Shown piece by piece: positions 27,431-37,300 of a DNA stretch of 64,000 bases (position 1 is its first letter; each line of letters begins with the position of its first letter). Both the position numbers and the translations under genes were made by a program. The DNA is from Gammaproteobacteria bacterium. Lineage in GTDB: Bacteria; Pseudomonadota; Gammaproteobacteria; Steroidobacterales; PWYM01. The stretch lies in assembly GCA_003567475.1 (NCBI GenBank), contig PWZL01000048.1:1518-65517 (forward strand), given 5' to 3'. The notes below the pieces were generated by a model. That model made no database searches. It worked only from the letters and a program-made list of their open reading frames with translations, and was not told the DNA's origin.

Positions 27431-28993
27431 TCAGTTCGCGAGCAGCGTGTATTCCCGGCGAAGCTCCCGTTTGAGGACCTTGCCGTTCGGGTTGCGGGGC
27501 AGGCTCTCCCGGAAGCGCACCGCGCTGATGCGCTGCTGACGGCCGAGCCGCGCGTTGGTCCAGGCACAGAGCCCCTCGGGCTCGGGCGCATCACGGCGGG
27601 GTACGACCACGGCGAGCGGCGTCTCGCCCCAGTTGTCGCTCGGTACGCCGATCACGGCGACTTCCGCGATATCGGGATGTTCAAGCATCACCGCCTCGAT
27701 ATCGGCCGGGAAGATGTTCTGGCCACCGGAGACGATCATGTCCTTCTTGCGGTCAACGATCCAGAGATGGCCGTCTTCGTCCATCCGACCGATGTCCCCG
27801 GTGCGCAGCCAGCGCGCGCCCGTCGCGTCGGTCCAGGTGGACTCGGCATTGGCATCATCACGATTGAGGTAGCCGGCCATCAGGATACGGCCGCGGCCGA
27901 CGATTTCGCCGGGCTCGCCCGGTGGGCATTCCCGGCCTGTGTCGTCGATGATGCGCACTTCGGTGCCCGTGAGCGCCTGGCCGACGGCGCCCGGGCGCTC
28001 AGCTGCGGTCTCCGGGTCCTGGGTGGTGATCAGGCCCTCGGTGAGTCCGTAGAGTTCGATGAATGCGCCGCCCAGGCCAGCGAGCAGCTGGTGCTTGAGG
28101 TCCACCGGCAGCGGTGAGCCGCAACACATCACGGCCTGCAGGCTGCTGCGGTCGGCGGTGGCATAGGCCTCGCTGTCCACCAGACGCTGGAACTGCACCG
28201 GGACCATCGCGAAGTGGGTGATGCGTGCCCGCTCGATCAGCGCAAGTGCTGCGCCGGCGTCGAAGGCCGGCATCACGACCACCGTGCCACCGGCGACCCA
28301 GGTGCACAGCATGGCCACCCAGCTGATGTTCGAATACAGCCCAAGCGAGCAGAGCGTGACCGCGCTCCCGTGGTAGCGCAGGGCGATCCCGAGATCACAG
28401 GCCCAATCGAGGCGTCGGCGATGCGTATGCACAATGCCTTTGGGGAGTCCGGTCGTGCCAGAGGAATAGATGATATTGCAGGGTGCCTCGTCCTCGATCC
28501 GGACGTCCGGGGGCTGCGCATGCGCCGCGCCCCACCAGGTCTCCCAGGCCAGCAAGTCCTCGCCCACCGGCTCGGTGCCGGTGCAGATCCGCCGCCCGCC
28601 CAGTGCGCGACGAAGCTCGCCCGGAAGTCCGTCCACCCGGGCGCGGTGCGCCGGGGTCACGACGACGGCCCGGGCAGCGCAGTCGCGCAACATACTGGCG
28701 ATGGCGGAATCGGCCACCGAGGGGTTGAGTGGCACCGCCACCAGGCCGGCGCGCATGGCGCCGAACATCGCCAGCGGCATCTCGAGGCCATTGTCCATCA
28801 GGATGCCGACGCGCTCGCCCGGTGACAGTCCGAGCGCGATGAAGGCGTTGGCCGTGCGGTCCAGGGCGGCGCTGAACGCCGCCCAGTCCAGCGTGTGCTC
28901 ACCGCAGACCAACGCCCGCCGCCGTGGCCGTTGTCGGCCGTGGCGTGCCAGGACTTCCGGCAGCAGCGGCGCCGGCGCTTCGAACCAGGCCAT
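27431..28993 (-). CDS. AMP-dependent acyl-CoA synthetase/ligase (ANL superfamily)
   Basis: 520 aa. The AMP-binding motif is IIYSSGTTGLPKGIVHTH, with later GELYGLTEG, WLRTGDIGRMDEDGHLWIVDRKKDMI and a C-terminal GKVLKRELR. The start ATG overlaps the TonB-receptor stop (TGATG). Confidence 0.85.
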   Translation of the reverse strand: MAWFEAPAPLLPEVLARHGRQRPRRRALVCGEHTLDWAAFSAALDRTANAFIALGLSPGERVGILMDNGLEMPLAMFGAMRAGLVAVPLNPSVADSAIASMLRDCAARAVVVTPAHRARVDGLPGELRRALGGRRICTGTEPVGEDLLAWETWWGAAHAQPPDVRIEDEAPCNIIYSSGTTGLPKGIVHTHRRRLDWACDLGIALRYHGSAVTLCSLGLYSNISWVAMLCTWVAGGTVVVMPAFDAGAALALIERARITHFAMVPVQFQRLVDSEAYATADRSSLQAVMCCGSPLPVDLKHQLLAGLGGAFIELYGLTEGLITTQDPETAAERPGAVGQALTGTEVRIIDDTGRECPPGEPGEIVGRGRILMAGYLNRDDANAESTWTDATGARWLRTGDIGRMDEDGHLWIVDRKKDMIVSGGQNIFPADIEAVMLEHPDIAEVAVIGVPSDNWGETPLAVVVPRRDAPEPEGLCAWTNARLGRQQRISAVRFRESLPRNPNGKVLKRELRREYTLLAN

Positions 28994-31242
28994 CAGAAGC
29001 TGTAGCGCAGGGAGAGCGTCCAGGTGCGCGGGTCACCGTAGTAGGCGGTCTGGATGTTGCCGACGGCCGTGAACTCCTGCGCATCCACCTTGTAGACCTT
29101 GTCGGTGAGATTGCGCACGCCGCCGGTGACTCGCCAGCGCGCATCATCGCTCAGCCAGCTGACGAAGGCGTTGGCCAGCCAGTAACCGGACTGTGTCAGC
29201 ACATCCTGGTTGTCCACCGACAGCCAGGCCTTGCTGCGGTAGGCGCCATCGGCGCCCAGTGTGACCGCCCCGGAGGTGCCGAACTCGAAGGTATAGCTCG
29301 CCGCCAGTCTGGCGGTCCACTCCGGCGCGAAGGGCGGCTCGTCGCCGGAGCGGTCGATGATGATGATGGAACCCTCCGGGCCCTGCGCGCGGCCACTGAA
29401 CTCCTTGTAGTCGACTTCCAGATAGCCCAGCTGGGCGGCGAGGGTGAGGTTGTCCACCGGCACCCAGGCCGCTTCCACTTCGGCGCCCCAGATCTCGAGC
29501 TTGCCCGCGTTGACCACCGGAAAACCGAAGTTCGGCACCGGGTCGTCGGGGTTGGCGATCTCCGAGATACGCGCCTGGAAGTCCTTGTAGTCGCTGAAGA
29601 ACGCCGCGGCGTTCAGGCGGAGTCGATTGTCCGCCAGGGTGCTCTTGGCACCGACTTCCCAGGTCCAGACATACTCGGGATCGAATACGCTGACGTCGGC
29701 CGGGCTGTTGGCGCGGCCATTGAAGCCGCCGCTCTTGAAGCCGCGGGCGAGGCTGCCGTACAGCAGTACATCGTCGGTGGCCTTGTAGTCGATCGTGAAG
29801 CTGGGGGTGAATGCACTCCAGCTGTCGTCGATGTCGAAGGCGAAGGTGCCGTCAAGCAAGGGAAACGCTGTGGAAAACGTGCTGGTCGTGCGGAAGTAGT
29901 CCTTCTTCTCGTAGGTATAGCGCAGTCCGAGGGTGGCCGCCCAACGGGGTGCAAACTCCCAGGTGCCCTGGCCGAAGAGGGCGTAGCTGGTGGTCTTCAG
30001 GTCGTCTTCGATGGTCCGCAGGAAATCCAGGGGTGTGCCGAGCAGCAGCAGGAAGTCGTCGGCGAAGGCCGCCTGCTCGGACTCCACGCGTTCGCGCAGG
30101 GCGTACACGCCGCCTACCGCGCGGAAGCGGCCACCGTCATCGAACGACAGCTGGAACTCCTGAGAGATCTGGTTCTGATCGACGCCGACGAAGACGTCGC
30201 CGAGTTGCAGTTCCGTACCGTCGATGTCGATGAAAAAGTCCGTCTGCAGCTTGCGCCATGCGGTAATCGACTTCGCGCCGACAGCGTCGTTGACTGCCCA
30301 GTCCACGGTCAGCGAGGCCCCCTGGTGGTCGAGCTTCTGGCCGGGGTCGTTGGGCAGCAGCGAAGCGGCCGTCCGGTCCCATTCACCGGCATCCGGCAGC
30401 CGACGCACCACCACCTGGTTGGTCGCAAGGTCAAACGAAATCAGCGGCGCCTCCGCCTTGCCGAGGCTCAGGGCATTGCGCTGGCGGGTGGTGTCGAAAG
30501 CGAGGGTGGCCTCGAGGGTGTCCGTCGGCACCCAGCGCAGTGCCACCCGTGCGGCGCGTTCGTCGCGGTCGTTGTACTCACGCCCGGTGAGCGCGTCGGT
30601 GACGGTGCCGTCGCGCTCGCCCCACAGGCCGGAGACGCTGCCATAGAGCGTATCGGTGAGTTCGCCGGCCAGATAGACCTTGGCGTTACGGGCGTTGTAA
30701 CGGCCGATGCCGATCTCGATGTCCGCTTCGGTGTCCGGTCCCGGGCGGCGGGTGACGATCTTGATCGCCCCGGCGATGGTGTTCTTGCCGTACAGTGTCC
30801 CCTGCGGCCCGCGCAGCACCTCGATGCGCTCCACGTCATGCAGGTTGAACAGCGCGCCCTGGATGCGCGAGATGTACACGTCGTCCAGGTACACGCCGAC
30901 ACCTGGATCGAAGGTTTGCAACGCGTCCGGCTGCCCGATGCCCCGGATGAAGATGTTGGCGCTGGAGGCCGAGCCGCGGCCCTGCACCAGGTTGAGGTTC
31001 GGCACGGCGCCCTGGAGTGCGGAGAGGTCCTCGGCCTGCAGGTTGCGAAGATCCTCGGCGGAGAAGGCCGACACGGCAATCGGGACGTCCTGCAACGTCT
31101 CCTCGGTGCGGCGGGCAGTGACAACGATTTCTTCCAGACCGGTCGCCCCCTGGGCGCGTGCCGCATGGGTTGCCGGCAGGGCCAGCGCTGCGGTGATGGC
31201 GGCAGCCAGCAGGCTGCGGGTTACGGTGGTCGCGTGAGTCAT
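28993..31242 (-). CDS. TonB-dependent outer-membrane receptor
   Basis: The ATG at 31242 is preceded by GGGGAGA. The signal peptide is MTHATTVTRSLLAAAITAALALPATHAARAQG. The plug reads LEEIVVTARRTEETLQDVPIAVSAF, with IEVLRGPQGTLYGKNTIAGAI and a terminal ...LSLRYSF. Confidence 0.9.
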   Translation of the reverse strand: MTHATTVTRSLLAAAITAALALPATHAARAQGATGLEEIVVTARRTEETLQDVPIAVSAFSAEDLRNLQAEDLSALQGAVPNLNLVQGRGSASSANIFIRGIGQPDALQTFDPGVGVYLDDVYISRIQGALFNLHDVERIEVLRGPQGTLYGKNTIAGAIKIVTRRPGPDTEADIEIGIGRYNARNAKVYLAGELTDTLYGSVSGLWGERDGTVTDALTGREYNDRDERAARVALRWVPTDTLEATLAFDTTRQRNALSLGKAEAPLISFDLATNQVVVRRLPDAGEWDRTAASLLPNDPGQKLDHQGASLTVDWAVNDAVGAKSITAWRKLQTDFFIDIDGTELQLGDVFVGVDQNQISQEFQLSFDDGGRFRAVGGVYALRERVESEQAAFADDFLLLLGTPLDFLRTIEDDLKTTSYALFGQGTWEFAPRWAATLGLRYTYEKKDYFRTTSTFSTAFPLLDGTFAFDIDDSWSAFTPSFTIDYKATDDVLLYGSLARGFKSGGFNGRANSPADVSVFDPEYVWTWEVGAKSTLADNRLRLNAAAFFSDYKDFQARISEIANPDDPVPNFGFPVVNAGKLEIWGAEVEAAWVPVDNLTLAAQLGYLEVDYKEFSGRAQGPEGSIIIIDRSGDEPPFAPEWTARLAASYTFEFGTSGAVTLGADGAYRSKAWLSVDNQDVLTQSGYWLANAFVSWLSDDARWRVTGGVRNLTDKVYKVDAQEFTAVGNIQTAYYGDPRTWTLSLRYSF

Positions 31243-31348
31243 GACGGTGGTCTCCCCCGGTGTCTTGGCGGCGAACGCGAGCACCCGGTCAGGGTGGCGT
31301 GCGGCGTGTGTGTGGTCCCCAGAGTCTCGCGTCCGGCTTGCGCCGGCG

Positions 31349-31390
31349 TTCAACAGGTGTTGAAATTAATTCAACGTTTGATGAAACGCA
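31349..31390. promoter_or_regulatory. Candidate TetR operator: array of TTCAAC/GTTGAA inverted repeats
   Basis: TTCAACaggtGTTGAAattaaTTCAACgtttgatgaaac is an AT-rich island in the 273-nt divergent region between the TonB-receptor operon and the TetR gene. Two overlapping inverted repeats share the hexamer TTCAAC/GTTGAA. Confidence 0.4.
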
Positions 31391-31515
31391 AGGTCTGGTG
31401 CCAGCTGTGCGCCGGGCGAGCTGCGCGCCGGACCGGGTGGACGTTGTGGTCGCGGCCTCGCTGCGGTGCAATAGCGCTGCCGCGCGTGGGTTGCGGCCCA
31501 GGGAGTTGACACGAC

Positions 31516-32160
31516 ATGAGCCGCTCGACCCAGACCACCCGCAAGCGCATCCTCGATGCGGCGGAAAAATTGTTTGCCGATCGCGGGTTCCACGGGGTCT
31601 CGGTCCGCGAAATCGCTCGCGAGGCAGGCGTCGATGTGGCGCTGGTGAACTACCATTGCGGACGCAAGCGAGACCTGTTCGAGACGGTGTTTCTCCGTCG
31701 CGCCGAGACGCTGAACCGCGAGCGGCTGGCCATGCTCAAAGCCTGTCGGGATGCGGCCGCGCCGGCACCGCCGGTGCTCGAGGACATTATTGACGCCTTC
31801 ACCCATCCGCTGCTGAACCGCTCGGCCCATGGTGGCCCCGGTTGGAAGCGGTACTTCGCGTTGGTGGCGCAGGTGAACAACTCACCTGAGCTCGCGCCGA
31901 TCGGGATGACGAAATACTTCGATCCGCTGGTGCAGGAGTTCATCGCCGCGTTGCGCGAGGCGCTGCCGGACGCCGCCGAAGAGGATATTTTCTGGAGTTA
32001 CCACTTCCTGTCGGGCGCGCTGACCCTGACCTTTGCCGAAACCGGCAGGATCGATCAGCTGTCCGGCGGGGTCTGCCGGTCGAGCGATCTGGACAGCGTA
32101 CATGCCCGGCTTGTGCCCTATACCGCGGCGGGCTTCCGGCGCCTGTGCCAGCGGCGCTAG
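31516..32160 (+). CDS. TetR/AcrR family transcriptional regulator
   Basis: 214 aa. The N-terminal HTH TRKRILDAAEKLFADRGFHGVSVREIAREAGVDVALVNYHCGRKRDLF is typical of the TetR family. Confidence 0.85.
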   Translation: MSRSTQTTRKRILDAAEKLFADRGFHGVSVREIAREAGVDVALVNYHCGRKRDLFETVFLRRAETLNRERLAMLKACRDAAAPAPPVLEDIIDAFTHPLLNRSAHGGPGWKRYFALVAQVNNSPELAPIGMTKYFDPLVQEFIAALREALPDAAEEDIFWSYHFLSGALTLTFAETGRIDQLSGGVCRSSDLDSVHARLVPYTAAGFRRLCQRR

Positions 32161-32163
32161 GCC

Positions 32164-32697
32164 TCAGCGAGGGTAGCGCGGATCCGGTCGCAGCTCGCGG
32201 GCAAATCGCCGGCCGTTGTCGATGTAATGATCGGCACTGCGGGCAAGTCCGGCGATCTGCGCTTCATCGAGCGTTCGGACGACCTTCGCCGGTGAACCCA
32301 TGATCAGCGAGCCGTCGGGGAATGTCTTACCTTCCGTGATCAGGCTGTTGGCGCCGACGATGCAGTTGTTGCCGATGCGGGCATGATTGAGGATCACCGA
32401 GCCGATTCCCACCAGACAATGGTTTCCCAGCGTGCAGCCATGCAGCATCACCAGATGCCCGATGGTGCAGCGTTCGCCGATGACCAGCGGTGCGCCCGGG
32501 TCGGTGTGCAGCACCGAGCCGTCCTGGATGTTGGTGCCCGCGCCGATGGTGATGGTCTCACAGTCGCCGCGGACCACCGCACCGAACCAGATGCTTGCGT
32601 TTTCGCCGAGGACCACCTCGCCGATCACCTGTGCCGAGGGGGCGATGTAGAAGGCCCCGTGCGGACGGAGCATCCGTTGGCCGAGCGAATAGATCAT
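32164..32697 (-). CDS. Gamma-class carbonic anhydrase-like / hexapeptide-repeat (LbH) protein
   Basis: 177 aa. FIAPSAQVIGEVVLGENASIWFGAVVRGD...IGAGTNIQDGSVLH...IGHLVMLHGCTLG matches the YrdA/PaaY-type family. Confidence 0.85.
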   Translation of the reverse strand: MIYSLGQRMLRPHGAFYIAPSAQVIGEVVLGENASIWFGAVVRGDCETITIGAGTNIQDGSVLHTDPGAPLVIGERCTIGHLVMLHGCTLGNHCLVGIGSVILNHARIGNNCIVGANSLITEGKTFPDGSLIMGSPAKVVRTLDEAQIAGLARSADHYIDNGRRFARELRPDPRYPR

Positions 32698-32702
32698 GCC
32701 GC

Positions 32703-33449
32703 TCAGGCCTTCGCCTGGTTGGCCACAGCCTGCGCGGCGGCCGCGATGGCCTCGGCGTCGCCGAGAAATTCCACACGGGTCGGCGTGAGCGCACCATCGA
32801 GTTCATAGAGCCGCGGTACGCCTGTCGGGATGTTGAAGCCGACGATCGCCTCCTCGGACATGTCCTCCAGCATCTTCACCAGTGCCCGGAGACTGTTGCC
32901 GTGAGCGGCGACCAGCACATTCTGTCCGGCCAGCAACTGCGGTGCGATGCGGTCCTGCCAGTAGGGTCGCACCCGCTCGAGCGTGGTCTGCAGCGATTCG
33001 GTGGCCGGGAGCGCGGCCGGATCGAGCATGCGGTAGCGCGGGTCGTGACAGGGATGGCGTTCATCGTCCTGCGCCAGCGCGGGTGGCGGGACAGCGTAGC
33101 TTCGACGCCAGATCTTCACCTGTTCCTCGCCATGCCTGGCGGCGGTCTCCGCCTTGTTCAGGCCCTGCAGATCACCATAGCTGCGCTCGTTAAGTCGCCA
33201 GTGCCGGTGTACCGGGATCCACATGCGGTCCATCTCATCCAGCGTGATCCACAGCGTCCGGATCGCACGCTTGAGCACCGAGGTATGCGCGACGTCGAAC
33301 GCCAGACCCGCCGCGAGCAGCTCGCGCCCGGCACGCCGCGCTTCCTCTCGGCCCTGGGCCGTGAGGTCGACGTCCGTCCAGCCGGTGAAGAGGTTCTGCA
33401 GGTTCCATTCGCTCTGGCCATGGCGCAGCAGCACGAGTTTTCCGGTCAT
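32703..33449 (-). CDS. gpmA: 2,3-bisphosphoglycerate-dependent phosphoglycerate mutase
   Basis: ATG at 33449. [30 protein letters not shown]...[11 protein letters not shown]...[18 protein letters not shown] is canonical dPGM. Confidence 0.9.
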   Translation of the reverse strand: MTGKLVLLRHGQSEWNLQNLFTGWTDVDLTAQGREEARRAGRELLAAGLAFDVAHTSVLKRAIRTLWITLDEMDRMWIPVHRHWRLNERSYGDLQGLNKAETAARHGEEQVKIWRRSYAVPPPALAQDDERHPCHDPRYRMLDPAALPATESLQTTLERVRPYWQDRIAPQLLAGQNVLVAAHGNSLRALVKMLEDMSEEAIVGFNIPTGVPRLYELDGALTPTRVEFLGDAEAIAAAAQAVANQAKA

Positions 33450-33495
33450 GTCCGTCCCTTGTTTCTGATCCCTGGTACCGGGCGAAGTGGCGCGC

Positions 33496-34266
33496 CTATT
33501 CGCTGGCGCTGACCTTGTAGTTGCCGCGGTTTTCGTCGTAATCCAGCCTGAGGCGCTTTTCCTTGGCGGCCGCCTCGAGCAGTTCGGTGAAGTTGCCGAA
33601 GCCGTAGGCCGCCTCGCTGAAGTCCGGATGCACACGGCGGATGGCCTGCTTGATCATCGAGCCCCAGATCGTGTCGTAATCCGATTGCAGTGACTGCACC
33701 GTGGAGACGAGGATGTCGAGCCCCTTGTCTCGTTTGGACTCCTTCTCGGTGGCGCCTTCGCGGCGCTTGCGCGGCGGCGCTGCGGCCTTTTTCTCGAGGT
33801 CGTCGTAGAAAATGAACTCGTCGCAATTATTGATGAGCAGGTCGGAGGAGGAGCGGCGCACGCCGCAGCCGATCACGCGCTTGTCGTTCTCCTTCAACTT
33901 GGAGACCAGCGGCGAGAAATCACTGTCGCCGGAGACCAGTGCGAACATGTCGAGATGCTCCTTGACGTAGCAGAGCTCGAGTGCGTCGACGACCATACGG
34001 ATGTCGGCGCTGTTTTTGCCGCTCATCTTGCTCTGGGGGATGTCGACCAGTTCGATACCCGCGGCATGGAATTCATTGACGTAGCGGCGGTAGCGGGACC
34101 AGTCGCAGTAGGCGCGCTTGAAGACGATACGTCCTTTCTGCAACAGCCGCTTGAGCACCAGCTGGATTTCGAAATGCTTCTGCTTGTTCTGGTCGACACC
34201 GAGTGCCAGGTTCTCGAAGTCGATGAAGACGGCGATCAGTGGTTCCGTGGCCAAGCGGTACTCCAA
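33496..34266 (-). CDS. NYN (LabA/DUF88-like) ribonuclease-fold domain protein with a C-terminal OST-HTH/LOTUS-like domain
   Basis: 256 aa. [10 protein letters not shown]...[10 protein letters not shown]...[15 protein letters not shown]...[29 protein letters not shown] is the NYN/LabA acidic-residue pattern. After a basic linker, the C-terminal ~70 aa ([14 protein letters not shown]...[33 protein letters not shown]) resemble an OST-HTH/LOTUS module. Confidence 0.8.
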   Translation of the reverse strand: MEYRLATEPLIAVFIDFENLALGVDQNKQKHFEIQLVLKRLLQKGRIVFKRAYCDWSRYRRYVNEFHAAGIELVDIPQSKMSGKNSADIRMVVDALELCYVKEHLDMFALVSGDSDFSPLVSKLKENDKRVIGCGVRRSSSDLLINNCDEFIFYDDLEKKAAAPPRKRREGATEKESKRDKGLDILVSTVQSLQSDYDTIWGSMIKQAIRRVHPDFSEAAYGFGNFTELLEAAAKEKRLRLDYDENRGNYKVSASE

Positions 34267-34300
34267 ATTCAGAAATGCCCGCGCATTCTACACCAGCGGT

Positions 34301-37300
34301 TCAGGTCATCGCGGCCAGGCGGCGCAGTTCTTCCAGGGCCACGGACAGCGTCGCGAAGTCCACCCGCTTGCTGGCCTGCATTTCGGTGAGGGTATGCAGG
34401 GTCTTGACCACCACGGGGCGGTGGGCCTTCAGCCAGGCCGATACGGCGGCTTCGGCATCGTCCCGACTGCGCTCGCCGAGGCAACGCTGCAGCACCTGCC
34501 GCTGGAGATCGTGGACCGAGCCGCGCAGCGTCCCCCGTCCGAGCGCCTGCCAGCGCCCCTCCACGGCCAGTTTCTCGATTTCCTGCTTGAGCCAGTCGAG
34601 CTTGAGCGCGCGGCCGAGCTCGAAGTACGCGCGCGCGGCATCGGCCGGGTCGCGCCCGCCCTGGCGGGCGACCTCGACGATATCCAGCGTGGCCAGGCTG
34701 TACGGCAGCGACGCCATGCGCCGCGCCAGCGCCTCGGGCACGCTGTGCTGCACGTACTCCTGGGTGGCCCGCTCCAGGCGCCGGGCACTGACGGCCGGCA
34801 TGAGTTCCGGCAGACGATGCATCAACCCGGAGACGCCCGTGCGCATGGTCTGCACCTGCGCCGTGACGTCGAGTTCGCCTGCGTGGTGACGCAGGAACCA
34901 GTACACGGTGTTGCGCAGCTGGCGGGCGGATTCGAAGAGCATGTCGAGCTGCACCGGCGCGAGCAGTCGCGCATCGAGGCCTTCGATGCCGTCCCAGAGC
35001 TCACGCATGCCGATGACGTCACGCGCGATGGTGTAGGCGCGGGCCACACTGGCGGCGTCTGCCCCGGTCTCCTCCTGGGCACGCATCGGGAAGGTTGGCC
35101 CCATACGGTTGATCATGCTGCTGGTGATCAGCATCGCGACAATCTGCCGCGCCAGCCTGTGACCCGGGACATGCTGCGCGAAGCGCTTGCGCAGCGGCTG
35201 CGGGAAATAGCGGGAGAGTTCCTCGGAGAGATACGGATCGGCCGTGATGTCCGATGCGCAGAGGGCGTCGTATAGTTCGATCTTCGCGTAGGAGAGCATG
35301 ACCGCGAGCTCCGGCCGCGTGAGTCCACGGCCTCTCGCCCGTCGGTCAGCGATTTCCTCGTCGTCGGGCAGGAATTCGAGGTCACGGTCGAGCAAGCCAC
35401 GGCGTTCCAGCCAGCGCAGCAGGCTGGCGTTCTCGTTGCTGCGCTCGAGCGCACGGGCGGCAAGCACGCTGATCGCCTGGGTCTGCTGATAATTGGTCCT
35501 CAGGACGAGCTCTGCCACCTCATCGGTCATGCGCTCAAGCAGGCGGTTGCGGGCGGGCATGCGCAGGCCACCGGTATCGACCGCCTCACGTAGCAGGATC
35601 TTGATGTTGACCTCACGGTCAGAGCAGTCCACGCCCCCCGAGTTGTCGATGAAATCGGTGTTCAACCGACCGCCGGTGTGCGCGTACTCGATGCGCCCGC
35701 GCTGGGTGATGCCGAGGTTCCCGCCTTCGCCGAGGATCTTGCAGCGCAGCTCCCGTCCGTTCACCCGAACCGCGATATTCGCCCGATCGCCCACGTCTTC
35801 ATGTGATTCCGCGGCTGCCTTGACATAGGTGCCGATGCCACCGTTCCACAGCAGGTCGACGGGCATCCTGAGGATCGCCTGGATGAGCTGCGGCGGAGTG
35901 ATGCGCCGCTCGCGGACCCCGATCGCCTGCGCGGCCGCCGCCGAGAGTTCGATGGACTTGGCCGCACGCGAATACACGCCACCGCCGCTCGAGATGACGT
36001 CGGCCCGGTAGTCTTCCCAGCTCGAGGCAGGGAGCGCGAACAGGCGCTTGCGCTCTGCGAACGCCAGCGCCGGATCGGGGTCCGGGTCGATGAAGATATG
36101 CCGGTGGTCGAAGGCGGCGAGCAGGCGGATGCGGTCCGACTGCAGCATGCCGTTACCGAACACATCGCCGCTCATGTCGCCGATGCCGGCGACGGTGAAG
36201 GTCTGGCTGGTGACATCGATGCCGAGTTCGCGGAAATGCCGCTTCACCGCCTCCCAGGCACCGCGGGCCGTGATACCCATTTTCTTGTGGTCGTAGCCAT
36301 GGCTGCCGCCCGAGGCGAACGCGTCGCTCAGCCAGAAATCGTATTCAGCGGCGATGGTGTTGGCGAGATCCGAGAACGTGGCCGTACCCTTGTCGGCGGC
36401 CACGACCAGGTAGGGGTCGTCACCGTCGAGACGGCGTACCCGCGGGGGCGGCTGGATCTCTTTGCCGACGATGTTGTCGGTGATGTCCAGCAGGCCGCGG
36501 ATCAGCATTCGGTAGCAGGCCCGCACCTCGGCCTGGACCGCGGCACGGTCGCCTTCGGGCAGCCGCTTGCAGACAAAGCCTCCCTTCGCGCCGTTGGGGA
36601 CGATGACGGTGTTCTTGACCTGCTGGGCCTTCATCAGGCCGAGGATTTCACTGCGGAAGTCCTCCCGCCGGTCCGACCATCGCAGTCCACCGCGCGCGAT
36701 CTCGGCGGCGCGCAGGTGCACGCCCTCCATACGCGGGGAATAGACGAAGATCTCGTAGCGGGGGCGTGGTCGCGGCAGTTCCGGCAGCCGCGCCGGGTCC
36801 AGCTTGAAGGACAGGTAAGCCTTCGGCGCCTGGTCGGCTTCGTACTGGAAATGGTTGGTCCGGAGCATCGCGCGTACGACGTCATAATAGGCGCGCAGGA
36901 TGCGGTCTTCGTCGAGACTGCTGACACTGTTCAGGCAGGCCTCGATGCGCGCTTCGGCAGCATGGCGAAGACGCTGCCTGGCGCGTTCGGTGGTCTCCGG
37001 GTCGAACTGTGCGGCGAACAGATCGACCAGTGCGGCGGCGAGCGCCGGCGCGCCGGTCAGGACCTCCTGCAGGTACGCCTGGCTGAAGGGCATACCGGTC
37101 TGCACCAGATACTTGGTGCAGGCGCGCAGCACCACGATCTGGCGCCAGTCGAGCTGCGCGAGCAGGACCAGGCGGTTATGCCCATCGCTCTCGACATGGC
37201 CCTCGAGCGCGGCGCGGAAACAGTGCTGGAAGCGCTCGCCGCAGCTGTGCGGGTCGAAGCTGCGTCCGCCCTGTCCGATCAGATCAAGATCCTGGATGTA

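Noticed and set aside
28924-31509. An 861-aa plus-strand ORF antisense to the TonB receptor. Similar giants are 11339-13975 (minus, 878 aa), 39379-41541 (plus, 720 aa), 13840-15321 (plus, 493 aa) and 18390-19772 (minus, 460 aa).
   Set aside because: Each is the mirror frame of a gene with clear family signatures (TonB-receptor plug and terminal Phe, E2/E1beta, Omp85, SLC13). Their translations are Arg/Gly/Ala/Asp/His-rich without motifs, signal peptides or SD sites.
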